Assembly: GCA_963422645.2 (NCBI GenBank)
Contig: CAXXVO010000018.1
Span: 104,700-168,699, forward strand
Direction of reading: 5' to 3'
Length of the DNA stretch: 64,000 bases
From: Alphaproteobacteria bacterium
GTDB taxonomy: Bacteria > Pseudomonadota > Alphaproteobacteria > UBA828
The position numbers and the translations under genes were made by a program. This document shows, in pieces, positions 63,909 to 64,000 of the stretch. The notes under the pieces were generated by a model that had not been told where the DNA came from, made no database searches, and saw only the letters and a program-made list of their open reading frames with translations. The stretch's first letter is position 1, and each line of letters begins with the position of its first letter.

Positions 63909-64000
63909 CCGCGCCTCCACGGCGGCGTGGGAGAGAGAGGGCACGAATCGACACTCTCTGCGCCGTCATCTCGCGCCCGGCAGGAAGGGGCGCGGTGGGA

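Overview
Very GC-rich chromosomal segment that looks alphaproteobacterial (Rhodospirillales-like gene set). The housekeeping backbone includes accA, ccmABC, acnA, rnd, mnmA, cysE-iscR-iscS-fdx, anmK, tyrS, class II nrdJ, aspS and glmUS, plus assorted catabolic genes and a Cpx-like envelope-stress locus. Two nested mobile islands interrupt it. Island 1 (31911-39878) is a Mu-like transposable-prophage relic with both ends (TGTAG...CTACA, 5-bp TSD GTCAC). Its interior was replaced by an IS21 whose istA was then hit by an IS4 (9-bp TSD). Next to it is an intact IS66-type element (8-bp TSD) carrying a DNA adenine methyltransferase. Island 2 (50205-58249) begins with a second, related Mu-like left end that truncates an ABC-ATPase gene and carries a MuF-nuclease fragment. 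It continues with a 5.2-kb five-gene element (Zn/HTH protein, DDE transposase, ExeA-like ATPase, AAA_25 helicase-like protein, candidate origin, TOPRIM primase-like protein), a second IS21 3' part, and the stub of a different transposase sharing its 19-bp terminal repeat with the IS66 element. The best candidate for an undescribed system is the five-gene transposon carrying its own helicase-origin-primase module. No tRNA, rRNA or CRISPR array was seen. Protein family calls come from motif recognition by eye, not database searches.
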